A stretch of 64,000 bases of DNA from Patescibacteria group bacterium (GTDB taxonomy: Bacteria > Patescibacteriota > Minisyncoccia > Phycocordibacterales > UBA9973): NCBI GenBank assembly GCA_040390725.1, contig JAZJXT010000004.1:30026-94025 (forward strand). The letters are read 5' to 3'. Below the pieces are notes generated by a model that ran no database searches, was not told where the DNA came from, and worked only from the letters and a program-made list of their open reading frames with translations. A program made the translations under genes and the position numbers. Below are positions 37,463 through 47,088 of the stretch, piece after piece; position 1 is the first letter of the stretch, and every line of letters starts with the position of its first letter.

Positions 37463-39163
37463 TTATTCTACCTTAAAATACTCAGGGGTATTTATAGACA
37501 TCCAGTCCAATAGTTCACGCATTATGTATGGTGCGCCGACGCCATTGGTCGAAGGACCCGCCTCCATCATTATAGTAAAAGCATATTTTGGATTTTGATA
37601 CGGGAAAAAACCCATGACCCAAGAGTTCACTTTATTTTTGGCGAGCCCGAGCTGGGCGGTACCGGTCTTTGAAGCGACTTGAACATAAGGCACATTTAGA
37701 GCGACAGATGTACCTTCCAAGACTCCGCGACGCATTCCCTCTTGCACTACATTAAAATATTCCTGTTTCAAATCTATTTTTGAAACTTGCAACTCTTTTG
37801 CAGTATCACCTGAAATAAAATGTGGCATAACTAACGTACCCCTATTGGCAATCACGGAAACTGCTCGCACCATCTGAAGAGGAGTGACCTGGAAACCATA
37901 CTGTCCGATGGCCGTGTGATATGTGTCTCCGATGCGCCAATCATCTCCTTTAAATTTAGTTGCTTTCCATTCCGGGCTCGGTATCGTGCCCCCTGCTTCG
38001 TCCGGCAGATCAACTCCTGTTTTTTCTCCAATGCCAAAAAGTTTCGCATATTTTTCTATATTTAATATGCCCAACCCTTTTTGCCCCTGGAATCCTCCGC
38101 CTATTTCATAAAAATAAACGTCTGAAGACACAGCTATGGCTTGCCTCATGTCCACCCAACCGTGTGCTTTCCAATCTTTAAAAACTGTTTTTTGATCAGG
38201 AAAATATGGATTCGGAATTGAAATAGATCCAGTTGAAAGTATTTTAGTTAATGGATCAATCACTCCTTCGTTCAAAGCACCTAATGCAAAAAATGGCTTC
38301 ACGATAGATCCCGGCGTATAAAGACCGGAAAGAGTTCTATCCATAAAAACTTTTCTTTTGTCAGTAAAATATCCTTTTATTTTTTGACTATCTTTTCCTT
38401 GTGAAAGAATTTCTGAATCATACTCCGGGAAACTCACCGAAGATATCACTTCACCCGTCCTAACATCGATGATAACACCGGCCCCACCCTTGAAAGAATT
38501 ACTATCTGAAAGTTGTTGAATTAAATTAAATAATTGCATTTGAATGCGTGAATCCACAGTAGTCACCAGGTCTTCCCCGCGCTTTGGAGCATTTACCACA
38601 TTTTCTGATTGGATTTTTTTATGAGCATCAGTCTCTACTATTTTTAAACCATTTTGACCTTTTATTTTATCACCATATTCTTTTTCTAAACCATCCTTGC
38701 CGATGAATTCCCCTTGCCAATAATTTCCTGTTTTATCCTTGGCAGGATAACTAACGTAACCCAGCAAGTGTGAGAGCCCCGGAGTCAGATACGAGCGAAC
38801 AGAAAAATCTTGCCCCTCTTCTTTTTTATTCCAAGCCAATTCTTTTTTATTTCTATCATAGATAATACCTCTATCAGCGAAAATAATTTGTTTATTCAAA
38901 GTATTATTCTGGCTGCGCACATAATTCGTCTCGCCATGAGCTATTTGCAAATAGCCGAGCCTGGCACCAAATATTCCAAAAATAAAAACAAAAAAAGTTC
39001 CTAAGAATAAAATAGTTTTCTTTGTAATTGGTTTTTCGATTCTCCCTTCAAATTGCTGACTATCGAAATTCTGCAAATTTTTTGAATCCAGAAAAATCTC
39101 ATCCGGCTCTACGAAAAAGTGTGCATTTTTTATTTTATTTTTTCTCAATATTTTTCTAATCAT
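37463..39163 (-). CDS. mrdA: Penicillin-binding protein 2 (class B transpeptidase)
   Basis: N-terminal TM; SxxK motif PGSIVKPF, SxN region and KTG motif SKTGTAQ. Confidence 0.85.
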   Translation of the reverse strand: MIRKILRKNKIKNAHFFVEPDEIFLDSKNLQNFDSQQFEGRIEKPITKKTILFLGTFFVFIFGIFGARLGYLQIAHGETNYVRSQNNTLNKQIIFADRGIIYDRNKKELAWNKKEEGQDFSVRSYLTPGLSHLLGYVSYPAKDKTGNYWQGEFIGKDGLEKEYGDKIKGQNGLKIVETDAHKKIQSENVVNAPKRGEDLVTTVDSRIQMQLFNLIQQLSDSNSFKGGAGVIIDVRTGEVISSVSFPEYDSEILSQGKDSQKIKGYFTDKRKVFMDRTLSGLYTPGSIVKPFFALGALNEGVIDPLTKILSTGSISIPNPYFPDQKTVFKDWKAHGWVDMRQAIAVSSDVYFYEIGGGFQGQKGLGILNIEKYAKLFGIGEKTGVDLPDEAGGTIPSPEWKATKFKGDDWRIGDTYHTAIGQYGFQVTPLQMVRAVSVIANRGTLVMPHFISGDTAKELQVSKIDLKQEYFNVVQEGMRRGVLEGTSVALNVPYVQVASKTGTAQLGLAKNKVNSWVMGFFPYQNPKYAFTIMMEAGPSTNGVGAPYIMRELLDWMSINTPEYFKVE

Positions 39164-39447
39164 AGATTATTTTGCTCCGGATAAAACTTAAGCTTCTTTT
39201 TCATGAATTCTATCAATACAAAAACCAAAATGGACGCGATAAAAATTATAAATAAAACATTTGAAAATCTAGCTTCTCTCACTCCATAAAGCAAGTCTGG
39301 CAATAACAATAAGCCCACACCTTCAATAAAAAATGAAAAATAAACCATGCAAATAAAGGCCAAAATAGAAGACACCCAAAAAGGCATAAATAATACTGAA
39401 AATAATAAAACACAAAAAGCTATAATTCTTAAAAATCTCTTCCCCAT
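39160..39447 (-). CDS. Small polytopic membrane protein, possibly MreD-like
   Basis: 95 aa, three TM helices. Overlaps the PBP2 start by 4 nt in the usual mreD-mrdA position. Assignment by context only. Confidence 0.3.
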   Translation of the reverse strand: MGKRFLRIIAFCVLLFSVLFMPFWVSSILAFICMVYFSFFIEGVGLLLLPDLLYGVREARFSNVLFIIFIASILVFVLIEFMKKKLKFYPEQNNL

Positions 39448-39482
39448 AACACCATATTACACCCTATATGAAAAAATACAAA

Positions 39483-40340
39483 TTAAAAAACTAAACGCAA
39501 GGCATATCGTAAAATAAAGAAAATAATGATGCTTGAAATACCATAAAATAAAGGCTTATTGCCGAAAATAATAGAGCCTAGATTTAAGAAAAAAAGCTCT
39601 GCGTACTTGAGCGGTTTCAATAATTTATTGTTACCTATTTTTATGTCCGAGGGCATTTTTGTACTTTCCTGTTTATCCAGAGATGCAATTTCTGCTTTTA
39701 CTTCTTGTTGTTTATTCTCTGAAGCAACATCAACATTTTGCCTGACTCCTTCCATAAAACCAACAGCGGAATTTACAGAATTTTTTATTACGTCTGGTGT
39801 CTTGCTAGTTATTGAATTTTCAATATTCTGAAAAGTCTTAGATACAACATTATCAACAATGCCATTTGAACCAGCTAAGTCTGCTCCAGCACCCAAAGTA
39901 TTACTTTGTGGAATTATTTTTTTCGCCACTGTGCTTTCGCTTTTTTCCGTTTCATTTTCTGAAAGATAGACATCTTCGTACTTCCCTGTGGAAATTAAAA
40001 ATTTGGCATTTTCAATTTTAGCAAATATTTGATGGCTCCCCACTGTCACCGTCCAATCAATAGAAATATCTTTTACTCCTTTAGACTGTACAATAAAATT
40101 TTTCTTGCCTAAAAAAATAGTATTATCAAAAAAACTTACCGTACCGGAAAGCTCTCTTGTGTCCGGATTGAAAACCAAGGTATAAATTTTTATCTTATCC
40201 CCTTCTTCAAAGGGATCTTTGGAGTACCAAATATTTGAAGGAATAAATCCTGCATTAGTAGATGCATTTATTTTATAAACTGGAAAAAAGGAAAATATTA
40301 AAAACAATATAATCCAAAATTTTTTTACTGATTGTCGCAT
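39483..40340 (-). CDS. Hypothetical secreted/membrane protein (285 aa)
   Basis: N-terminal signal/TM segment and a C-terminal hydrophobic segment. Not recognisably MreC. Confidence 0.4.
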   Translation of the reverse strand: MRQSVKKFWIILFLIFSFFPVYKINASTNAGFIPSNIWYSKDPFEEGDKIKIYTLVFNPDTRELSGTVSFFDNTIFLGKKNFIVQSKGVKDISIDWTVTVGSHQIFAKIENAKFLISTGKYEDVYLSENETEKSESTVAKKIIPQSNTLGAGADLAGSNGIVDNVVSKTFQNIENSITSKTPDVIKNSVNSAVGFMEGVRQNVDVASENKQQEVKAEIASLDKQESTKMPSDIKIGNNKLLKPLKYAELFFLNLGSIIFGNKPLFYGISSIIIFFILRYALRLVF

Positions 40341-40352
40341 TTATTTATTTTA

Positions 40353-41735
40353 TCACAAAATGGCAATTTTATCCGCAAGACCGATATAATTTTCCGGTGT
40401 GAACTTTTCAAGTTCTAATTTTACTTTTGAAGATACATTTAATTTTTCTATGAAGTTTTCAAAATCTTTCATTGTAATAACTTTTCCACGAGTAAGTTCT
40501 TTTAATGCTTCGTACGGCACAGGGTAATTTTCTCTCCGCAGTACTGTCTGTATTGCTTCTGCGATTACTTCCGAATGCGCATTTAGGTCAGCTTTTATTC
40601 TTTCTTCATTTACTGCTATTTTACTCAAACCTTTTTCCAAAGATAAATATGCCAAATACGAATGCCCAAATGCTGTGCCGAAACTTCGCAAGACTGTGGA
40701 ATCAGAAAGGTCTCTTTGCAATCTAGAGATAGGTAATTTACGAGAGAAAAATTCAAATAAAGCATTTGCGATACCTATGTTCCCCTCGCTATTTTCAAAA
40801 TCAATCGGATTTATTTTATGAGGCATCGTGCTCGAGCCCACTTCGCCGGCTTTTGGTTTTTGAGTTATATAATGATCACTGATATATCTCCACATATCTT
40901 GATTGAAATCCAAAAGAATATTATTTATTCTTTTCATATTGTCAGAAAGTTCAGCGTAAGTATCGTGTGGTTCTATTTGAGTAGTTATTAAATTCACTTC
41001 GAGTGTCGTGCCGGAAACTTTGCTCAAATGCGCAATATATTTTTTGGAAAAACTCAACCAATCAATTTTGGGATATGCGGAAACAAATGCATTATAGTTC
41101 CCCGTTGCACCATTTAATTTCGCTAAAACTTTAAAATTTTTCAGCATTTCTAATTGTCTGTTTAAACGACTTTCAAAAACCGCAAATTCTTTACCTAAAG
41201 TAGTAGGACTGGCACTTTGCCCGTGAGTACGAGAAAGCATTGAGAGTTTTGCATAAGTTTTTGCATAATTTTTTAAAGTTTTTTCTATATTTGAAATTTC
41301 CGGAATTATTACATCTTTCAATGCGCCGGATAACATCAAAGCATAACTGCAATTATTTGTATCCTCAGAAGTTAAACCAAAATGCACCCATTCCAAAACA
41401 TTTTTTAGACTATCATTTTTTAAATTTTCTTTTATAAAATACTCTACGGCTTTTACATCGTGATTTGTCGTAGCTTCAAATTTTTTAATTTGTTCGTAAT
41501 CTTTTTGGTCAAAATTCTCATATAAAGCGCGCAATTGTTTTGTTTCAGTAGAATTAAATGCTCTCAAATTAGTATTTTTAGATGCTGACAAGAATATCAA
41601 AAACTCGCATTCCATCATCACTCGATATTTCATTAACGCTTCCTCACTAAAATAAGGCGCAAGCGCCCGAGTTTTTTCAAAATATCTTCCGTCCAATGGA
41701 TTTATAGCGTCATTTATCATAGATATATTATACAC
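40353..41735 (-). CDS. purB: Adenylosuccinate lyase
   Basis: INPLDGRY N-terminal motif and fumarate-lyase signature region (GSSTMPHKINP). The track start is GTG; an ATG lies 5 codons downstream. Confidence 0.9.
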   Translation of the reverse strand: MYNISMINDAINPLDGRYFEKTRALAPYFSEEALMKYRVMMECEFLIFLSASKNTNLRAFNSTETKQLRALYENFDQKDYEQIKKFEATTNHDVKAVEYFIKENLKNDSLKNVLEWVHFGLTSEDTNNCSYALMLSGALKDVIIPEISNIEKTLKNYAKTYAKLSMLSRTHGQSASPTTLGKEFAVFESRLNRQLEMLKNFKVLAKLNGATGNYNAFVSAYPKIDWLSFSKKYIAHLSKVSGTTLEVNLITTQIEPHDTYAELSDNMKRINNILLDFNQDMWRYISDHYITQKPKAGEVGSSTMPHKINPIDFENSEGNIGIANALFEFFSRKLPISRLQRDLSDSTVLRSFGTAFGHSYLAYLSLEKGLSKIAVNEERIKADLNAHSEVIAEAIQTVLRRENYPVPYEALKELTRGKVITMKDFENFIEKLNVSSKVKLELEKFTPENYIGLADKIAIL

Positions 41736-42031
41736 CTTTTTAGTATTTACTCCAAATTCTACGTTAGGTCTTGCCTAACGCAAGCTTTAATTCCCTATGA
41801 ACCCCCGAATAATTTACTCCGGAACTCAATAAGATGGGGGAAGAGTTTTTGAAAAATCTCAACTCTTGCCCCCGATTTCTTTTTTCTAGTTCTGCTCCTA
41901 GAAGGCTCGCCATTATTCTAAATTAGGTCCTTCCTAATTTGAACATACGGTGACAAAATACATTTTTTTTTACTTTAGCTTGCAAAGCAAACTAGCGAAG
42001 AAAAATGAAAAACTCCTGAATGTAAAATTCT

Positions 42032-42349
42032 TTAGGAAACTACAGGTTCATCCATAAGAATCTCCATTAGCTCATTCAGTGGTCGGTAAAGGTAATTTTT
42101 TCTTACCGTGACTCCTTGAGTTATAAACTCAACCACTCCCCCATACGACATTCCTCGTTTTTCATCTCTGCCGTAGTTTATTGCCTGAACCTCAAGCAAC
42201 AATGGTTCTGTTCGTGGACCACCAACATCTAAACAAAAATACCTGTGGCCAGAAATGCCACTGATGCTTTTTACTAAATCTAGCATCGAGATTTTTGTCC
42301 TACTAATAAGCCTACCCTTAGGTAGCTCTAAATGATTTGCATTTGCCAT
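42032..42349 (-). CDS. Hypothetical protein (105 aa)
   Basis: Clean ORF with SD GAGGGA 6 nt upstream, its own strong promoter and a structured leader. No recognisable domain. Confidence 0.4.
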   Translation of the reverse strand: MANANHLELPKGRLISRTKISMLDLVKSISGISGHRYFCLDVGGPRTEPLLLEVQAINYGRDEKRGMSYGGVVEFITQGVTVRKNYLYRPLNELMEILMDEPVVS

Positions 42350-42461
42350 ATTAATCCCTCATTAAAATTAGTTTCGTGAGGGGTATTTACGCACAAAATT
42401 TATGCACAAATACCCCCACAAAAATAGAAAATTGATGAGAAAAAACACTTTATTTACAAAG

Positions 42462-42491
42462 AAAAGTCCGAGGTAAGTATAGCACAGTCTT
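42462..42491 (-). promoter_or_regulatory. Sigma70-like promoter (TTGACA-N18-TATACT) on the minus strand
   Basis: The minus strand reads TTGACAaatggcataagactgtgcTATACT. It lies ~100 nt upstream of the 42349 start codon. Confidence 0.4.
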
Positions 42492-42518
42492 ATGCCATTT
42501 GTCAATAGCGATTTTTAT

Positions 42519-43337
42519 TTAATCAAGTTCTGCAATTATCTTGTTTTTATTAAGTATTTTAGAAAACTGAACCCAGAGAAATAAAAAAATACCTACGACA
42601 AAATAAGAAATTAATGTTCCCCACCAAATGCCATATAAGGGGAAAACTACCCCGGCGGTAAATCCATAAAGAATCAAACCAATAGCCCCCGGAAAGAAAA
42701 ATGATTTACATATTGACGGTATTACTTTTTTACCGTGGGCAAAATAATATATAAAAAGAGCAGTTGAGTTCGATGCGGGGAAATTTGCAAAAATTCCGCC
42801 CCAAGCATTGCCGAACAATTTAGCGAGAATTACTGTCGTAGCTATGACGCTTCCCGCTAGAAATGAACGAAGTAATATATGTTTTATATTAAAATCTACG
42901 GGGGTAATTTCTGTCTCTTGGGGCAATTTACGAATTAAAAAATAACATACAACAAAAAATGGTATACCGATAATTAATGCTTGCAAAAAAGTGCTCGGGG
43001 TAAAAGTAAGAATTAGAAATGTGCAAAAACCCCAAATGACAAAAGACAATATAGCTCCCAAAATAAAATTTCTCTTCTGAGAGAAGAAAGCGAAAACTAA
43101 AACAAAAATATAAAAAGATATTAGCAGTCCAGCTGTTGCTGTGACGACTGCTTGCGATACATCCATAGGACTTTTAGTCAGACCTATAAAGAAAAGACTG
43201 ACTGCGAGAGTAGTCGGAATTGTAAGTACTATTCCGCGATATTTTAATGAGACTCTTTCGGCAATTAATGTTATTAACCCAATAAGAAAACCTCCGACAA
43301 TAAATGAAACTATAACCTGTAAGACAAATAGATTCAT
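42519..43337 (-). CDS. Polytopic integral membrane protein (about 8 TM helices), unknown function
   Basis: 272 aa, almost entirely hydrophobic helices. No transporter signature recognised. Confidence 0.5.
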   Translation of the reverse strand: MNLFVLQVIVSFIVGGFLIGLITLIAERVSLKYRGIVLTIPTTLAVSLFFIGLTKSPMDVSQAVVTATAGLLISFYIFVLVFAFFSQKRNFILGAILSFVIWGFCTFLILTFTPSTFLQALIIGIPFFVVCYFLIRKLPQETEITPVDFNIKHILLRSFLAGSVIATTVILAKLFGNAWGGIFANFPASNSTALFIYYFAHGKKVIPSICKSFFFPGAIGLILYGFTAGVVFPLYGIWWGTLISYFVVGIFLFLWVQFSKILNKNKIIAELD

Positions 43338-44152
43338 TTTTGTAATTTTTTTAACTTTACTGATTTTTTAACTCTTTTCTTTGATTCTTTGATATGTGAA
43401 ACTTTTGGCAAATTTTCCGGCATTGTGCCACCGAGATTTTTTATGGTGTTTCGAACTTTTTCACCGACTTGTTTATGCGCCATATTTGCATTATCCTGAC
43501 CTTGGGTATTTTCTCGTTTTAATTTTGCTTCTGTTTGCGTAGCTCTAAATAAATTCGCGGCAAGTTCCTCGCTGTTCATATGATCTAAAATTAAATCTTT
43601 TTCTTTTAGTCCTTTTTTATTTTTAATATCTTTTTGACGCATTCCGCCGTAAAGCCCCATATATCCGAAGTCTTGAAAATTGGCGTAGTTGGTCACGCCG
43701 GATTTTTTGGCGACGCTTGCCAGATTTTTATTATGCTCTTTCATTTCACCGCGCAAGAAAATTCTTTTTTGATCTTCAACTAAATTATCTTGCGTTTCTT
43801 GGCGATGAGTTTGAATTGCGAAATATGTTTGAGCTTTTGCAATTTCGACTTTTCTCGGGTCGCCATTTTGTGCTATGAGATAGCAAGCGTAGCGGGAAAG
43901 GTGATAGTCTTCTATAATTTGACCATTTATTTCTCCATATTGGTTGCGGGATTTTTGGGGTTCGCTCACGCCGGCGAAATGCTCATTTATATTTGCACCG
44001 CTATTTTTACACGCTTCTTTTGCTCTTTCTATTGCTCGCAAAAATTTACCATATTCCGTATATCCCAGAATTTTATATAAATCACGAGCGCTCCAATATT
44101 CATATCCATGCTCGTTTATTTTTTTAATTTTTTCAAAAAGATTTTCTTTCAC
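43334..44152 (-). CDS. DinD / Bro-N-domain-like protein (phage antirepressor-like) with basic C-terminal tail
   Basis: HGYEYWSARDLYKILGYTEYGKFLRAIERAKEACKNSG matches the Bro-N/DinD pattern. Lys-rich C-terminus. Confidence 0.5.
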   Translation of the reverse strand: MKENLFEKIKKINEHGYEYWSARDLYKILGYTEYGKFLRAIERAKEACKNSGANINEHFAGVSEPQKSRNQYGEINGQIIEDYHLSRYACYLIAQNGDPRKVEIAKAQTYFAIQTHRQETQDNLVEDQKRIFLRGEMKEHNKNLASVAKKSGVTNYANFQDFGYMGLYGGMRQKDIKNKKGLKEKDLILDHMNSEELAANLFRATQTEAKLKRENTQGQDNANMAHKQVGEKVRNTIKNLGGTMPENLPKVSHIKESKKRVKKSVKLKKLQK

Positions 44153-44183
44153 TAATTCATTATAGCATAATTATTATCATTCA

Positions 44184-45137
44184 TTATTCCAAATTCTTTT
44201 TTATTCTTTCCAGGACAGGAGTATTGAAATCGTGTTCGAAAGTTTTGCCTGTGATTGTCTCATAAATTTCAATATATCGGCGGGAAAGTTCGGCTATTAG
44301 GTCGGCTGGAGCTTCTGGTAAAACAGCATCTTTGTATGGGTCAGAATGTTCTTTGAACCATAGGCGAATAAATTCTTTGTCAAAATATTCCGGCTCTTGT
44401 CCTGCATTAAATCTTTCATCATAACTCCCCGCTTTCCAATATCTGGAAGAATCCGGAGTATGTATTTCATCAATCAATATCAAATTGCCGAATTCATCAA
44501 TGCCGAATTCGTATTTTGTATCGACTAAAATAAGTCCGCGCTGTAAAGCTATTTCCTGTCCGCGCGCAAATAATGCCAAAGAATATTTTTCAACTTGATC
44601 AAAAAGTTCTTTCGTGATAAATCCTTCGGCAATCATTTCGTCTTTGGTTAAAGTCCTGTCGTGTAAATCTTCTTTTGTCGTCGGGTCGAAAATAGCTTGC
44701 GGAAGTTTTTGATTTTTCTTCATACTATCAGGCAAGACTACGCTGCCAAAAGTTCTGATGCCTTTCGAATAACGAGTCCAAATGGAAGTATCCGTCACAC
44801 CGGTTAAGTATCCACGCACGACGCCTTCTATTTTTAATGGCGCACATTTCTTGCCGACGGTTACATTGGGGTCAGGCACAGCGACGACGTGGTTTGGAAT
44901 AATGTCTCTTGTTTGCTCAAACCAAAAATTACTGATTTGATTTAACACTTCGCCCTTGAAAGGAATATTTGCTAATACTCTGTCAAAACCGGTCAATCTA
45001 TCGGTAGTTATCAAAATAATCTGATGCGGTTCTGTGTAAATATCACGCACTTTGCCGGCTTTTTTTTGACCCAAATGTTTAAAATCTGTTTCTGTTAATA
45101 CGTCATTCAAATGCTTTTTAATAAGCTCTATATCCAT
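44184..45137 (-). CDS. purC: Phosphoribosylaminoimidazole-succinocarboxamide synthase (long form)
   Basis: SAICAR synthetase motifs: GKVRDIY, LITTDRLTGFD. 317 aa. Confidence 0.85.
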   Translation of the reverse strand: MDIELIKKHLNDVLTETDFKHLGQKKAGKVRDIYTEPHQIILITTDRLTGFDRVLANIPFKGEVLNQISNFWFEQTRDIIPNHVVAVPDPNVTVGKKCAPLKIEGVVRGYLTGVTDTSIWTRYSKGIRTFGSVVLPDSMKKNQKLPQAIFDPTTKEDLHDRTLTKDEMIAEGFITKELFDQVEKYSLALFARGQEIALQRGLILVDTKYEFGIDEFGNLILIDEIHTPDSSRYWKAGSYDERFNAGQEPEYFDKEFIRLWFKEHSDPYKDAVLPEAPADLIAELSRRYIEIYETITGKTFEHDFNTPVLERIKKNLE

Positions 45138-45140
45138 AAT

Positions 45141-46217
45141 TTATTTCAAGATTACTTTTCTATTTCCCTTTTTAATTTTTCCTATCCAGAAAATTTTATC
45201 TGATCCTAGAATTTCTTCAATTTTATTTTTTTCTTTTGGCGAGACAATTATCGTGAGACCGATACCCATATTAAAAACTCTATACATTTCTTGCTCAGAA
45301 ACTTTACCTGCTTGTTGCATATAAGAAAAAATAGGAAGCATAGGCCAGGAACCTTTCATTATTTCCGCATTCACATTTTTCGGCAACACGCGCGGAATAT
45401 TTTCCAAAAGTCCACCACCGGTGATGTGCGCTATGCCTTTTATTTCTACACCTTTATCTAAAAGAGAAAATACGGGCTTGCAATAATTCACATGAACATT
45501 TAATAAAACATCCCCGATAGTTTTACCAGTTAATTTACCTTTGCTTTTTACTGTATGATTTGCCATTTCAAAAAGAATTTTTCTAGCTAAAGAATAACCA
45601 TTAGTATGTAAACCACTAGAAGGAAAACCTAAGACAATATCACCGACTTTTATTTTTTCACCGGTAATTATTTGATCTTTTTCTACAACTCCCGTAATAA
45701 CTCCGGCTATATCGTGCTCGCCTTTTGTGTAAACACCCGGTAATTCTGCCGTCTCGCCACCTATTAATGCTACGCCGGCTTCCTTGCAAGCTTTAGCCAT
45801 GCCTTTTACCATAGCTTCCATAACTTTCGGGTCCAGTTTTTCGTGAGCTACATAATCTAAAAAAGTTATAGGTTTTGCGCCCATAGCTAAAACATCATTG
45901 CAAGAGTGGTTCACCATATCCTCACCAACAGTATCATATTTATTCATCAACTTGGCGATAGAAAGCTTTGTGCCTACGCTATCGATACTTTGAACCAAAA
46001 CAGGATTTTTGTAATTTTTTACAATTTCTCCCAAATCATAAAGTCCACCGAAACTGCCGATACCTGTCAGTACAGCTTTTGTATGAGTAGAAGCCACAGA
46101 TTTTTTAATTCTCTTTACGACTTCATTGCCGGCATTTATATTTACTCCTGATTTTGAGTACAAATCTTTCTTGCTTTTAGTATTAGTTTTTTTAGCTTTA
46201 CTTTTTTCTTTCTTCAT
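45141..46217 (-). CDS. purM: Phosphoribosylformylglycinamidine cyclo-ligase (AIR synthetase)
   Basis: PurM N- and C-domains: GIGSFGGLYDL, DMVNHSCNDVLAMGAKP. Lys-rich N-terminal extension. Confidence 0.9.
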   Translation of the reverse strand: MKKEKSKAKKTNTKSKKDLYSKSGVNINAGNEVVKRIKKSVASTHTKAVLTGIGSFGGLYDLGEIVKNYKNPVLVQSIDSVGTKLSIAKLMNKYDTVGEDMVNHSCNDVLAMGAKPITFLDYVAHEKLDPKVMEAMVKGMAKACKEAGVALIGGETAELPGVYTKGEHDIAGVITGVVEKDQIITGEKIKVGDIVLGFPSSGLHTNGYSLARKILFEMANHTVKSKGKLTGKTIGDVLLNVHVNYCKPVFSLLDKGVEIKGIAHITGGGLLENIPRVLPKNVNAEIMKGSWPMLPIFSYMQQAGKVSEQEMYRVFNMGIGLTIIVSPKEKNKIEEILGSDKIFWIGKIKKGNRKVILK

Positions 46218-46224
46218 ATTATTT

Positions 46225-46743
46225 TTATTTTTGATCTAAATATTTTTTAATACCCAAAATTGATAACTTTTTACCTTTTTCTTCAACTTCAATACTCATC
46301 TTTTTTTTGTAAGCAATTAATTTTTTTTCTAAATTTTTGTCAGAGAGTGAAAGTATTTGTACCGCTAAAATACCGGCATTCTTTGCAGCATTTACACCGA
46401 CAGTAGCTACGGGCACGCCCGGAGGCATACCGACAGTAGAAAGTAGTGAATCAAGTCCGTCTAGATTTTTAGCGCTCACTGGCACACCGATAACAGGCAA
46501 AGTGGTAAGTGCTGCAGTCACTCCGGCTAGATGCGCTGCGCCTCCTGCACCGGCAATAATAGTCTTTAAGCCTCTTTTTATGGCAGTAGTAGCGTATTTA
46601 TGTACTAAATCAGGCGCTCTATGAGCTGAGGCTACTGTTATTTCATAAGGTATACCAAATTCTTCAAAGACTTTTACAGCTTCAGCCATTACAGCCAAAT
46701 CTGAATCCGAACCCATAATAATGCCAACTGATATTTTTTTCAT
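46225..46743 (-). CDS. purE: N5-carboxyaminoimidazole ribonucleotide mutase
   Basis: VGIIMGSDSDLAVM ... ASAHRAP ... AGGAAHLAGV are hallmark PurE motifs. Confidence 0.9.
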   Translation of the reverse strand: MKKISVGIIMGSDSDLAVMAEAVKVFEEFGIPYEITVASAHRAPDLVHKYATTAIKRGLKTIIAGAGGAAHLAGVTAALTTLPVIGVPVSAKNLDGLDSLLSTVGMPPGVPVATVGVNAAKNAGILAVQILSLSDKNLEKKLIAYKKKMSIEVEEKGKKLSILGIKKYLDQK

Positions 46744-46825
46744 ATTTCTATTATATCAAAAGAAAATTAAAAAACAAAAGGGCTGTCATACGACTGCCCT
46801 TATCTATCTTTTTGAGGGGAATTAA

Positions 46826-47023
46826 TTATTTCCCCTCAAAGTCTTCTCTGGGATTACCATCAGGGTAATCACTTACATCAGGAATGTAGCTGATGCCCAA
46901 ATATCGGAGACCAACTTCTCCGATATCCTGAAGTGCGGCCTGCAGGCCGGCCAATTGATCATCTTGAGGACTAATTCTATCCCGAAGACCATCTCTATAC
47001 TTGTTTTGGTGTTGCTTTCCCAT
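46826..47023 (-). CDS. Small GC-rich ORF (65 aa) or structured sRNA between purN/D and purE
   Basis: The ORF is preceded by TTGCAA-N17-TATATT on the minus strand and followed by a perfect hairpin and a terminator. Codon usage (ctg, gcc, ggc, ctc, agc, ccc) is atypical for this AT-rich genome. Coding status uncertain. Confidence 0.3.
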   Translation of the reverse strand: MGKQHQNKYRDGLRDRISPQDDQLAGLQAALQDIGEVGLRYLGISYIPDVSDYPDGNPREDFEGK

Positions 47024-47088
47024 ACTATATATAAAAAAAATGTGAACAATTTATAGAACTTTTACGTGAGCAATATATCACAATTAAA

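Noticed and set aside
39483-40340. Calling this gene mreC
   Set aside because: Position near mreD-like/mrdA is suggestive, but the protein has hydrophobic segments at both ends and lacks recognisable MreC motifs, and no mreB is nearby.
41736-41960. Possible TPP-like riboswitch in the purB leader (UUGAGA and AUAGGGAA words on the minus strand)
   Set aside because: Only two short words resemble the TPP aptamer and the gene context (purB) is wrong. Kept as a generic structured-leader finding instead of naming a riboswitch class.
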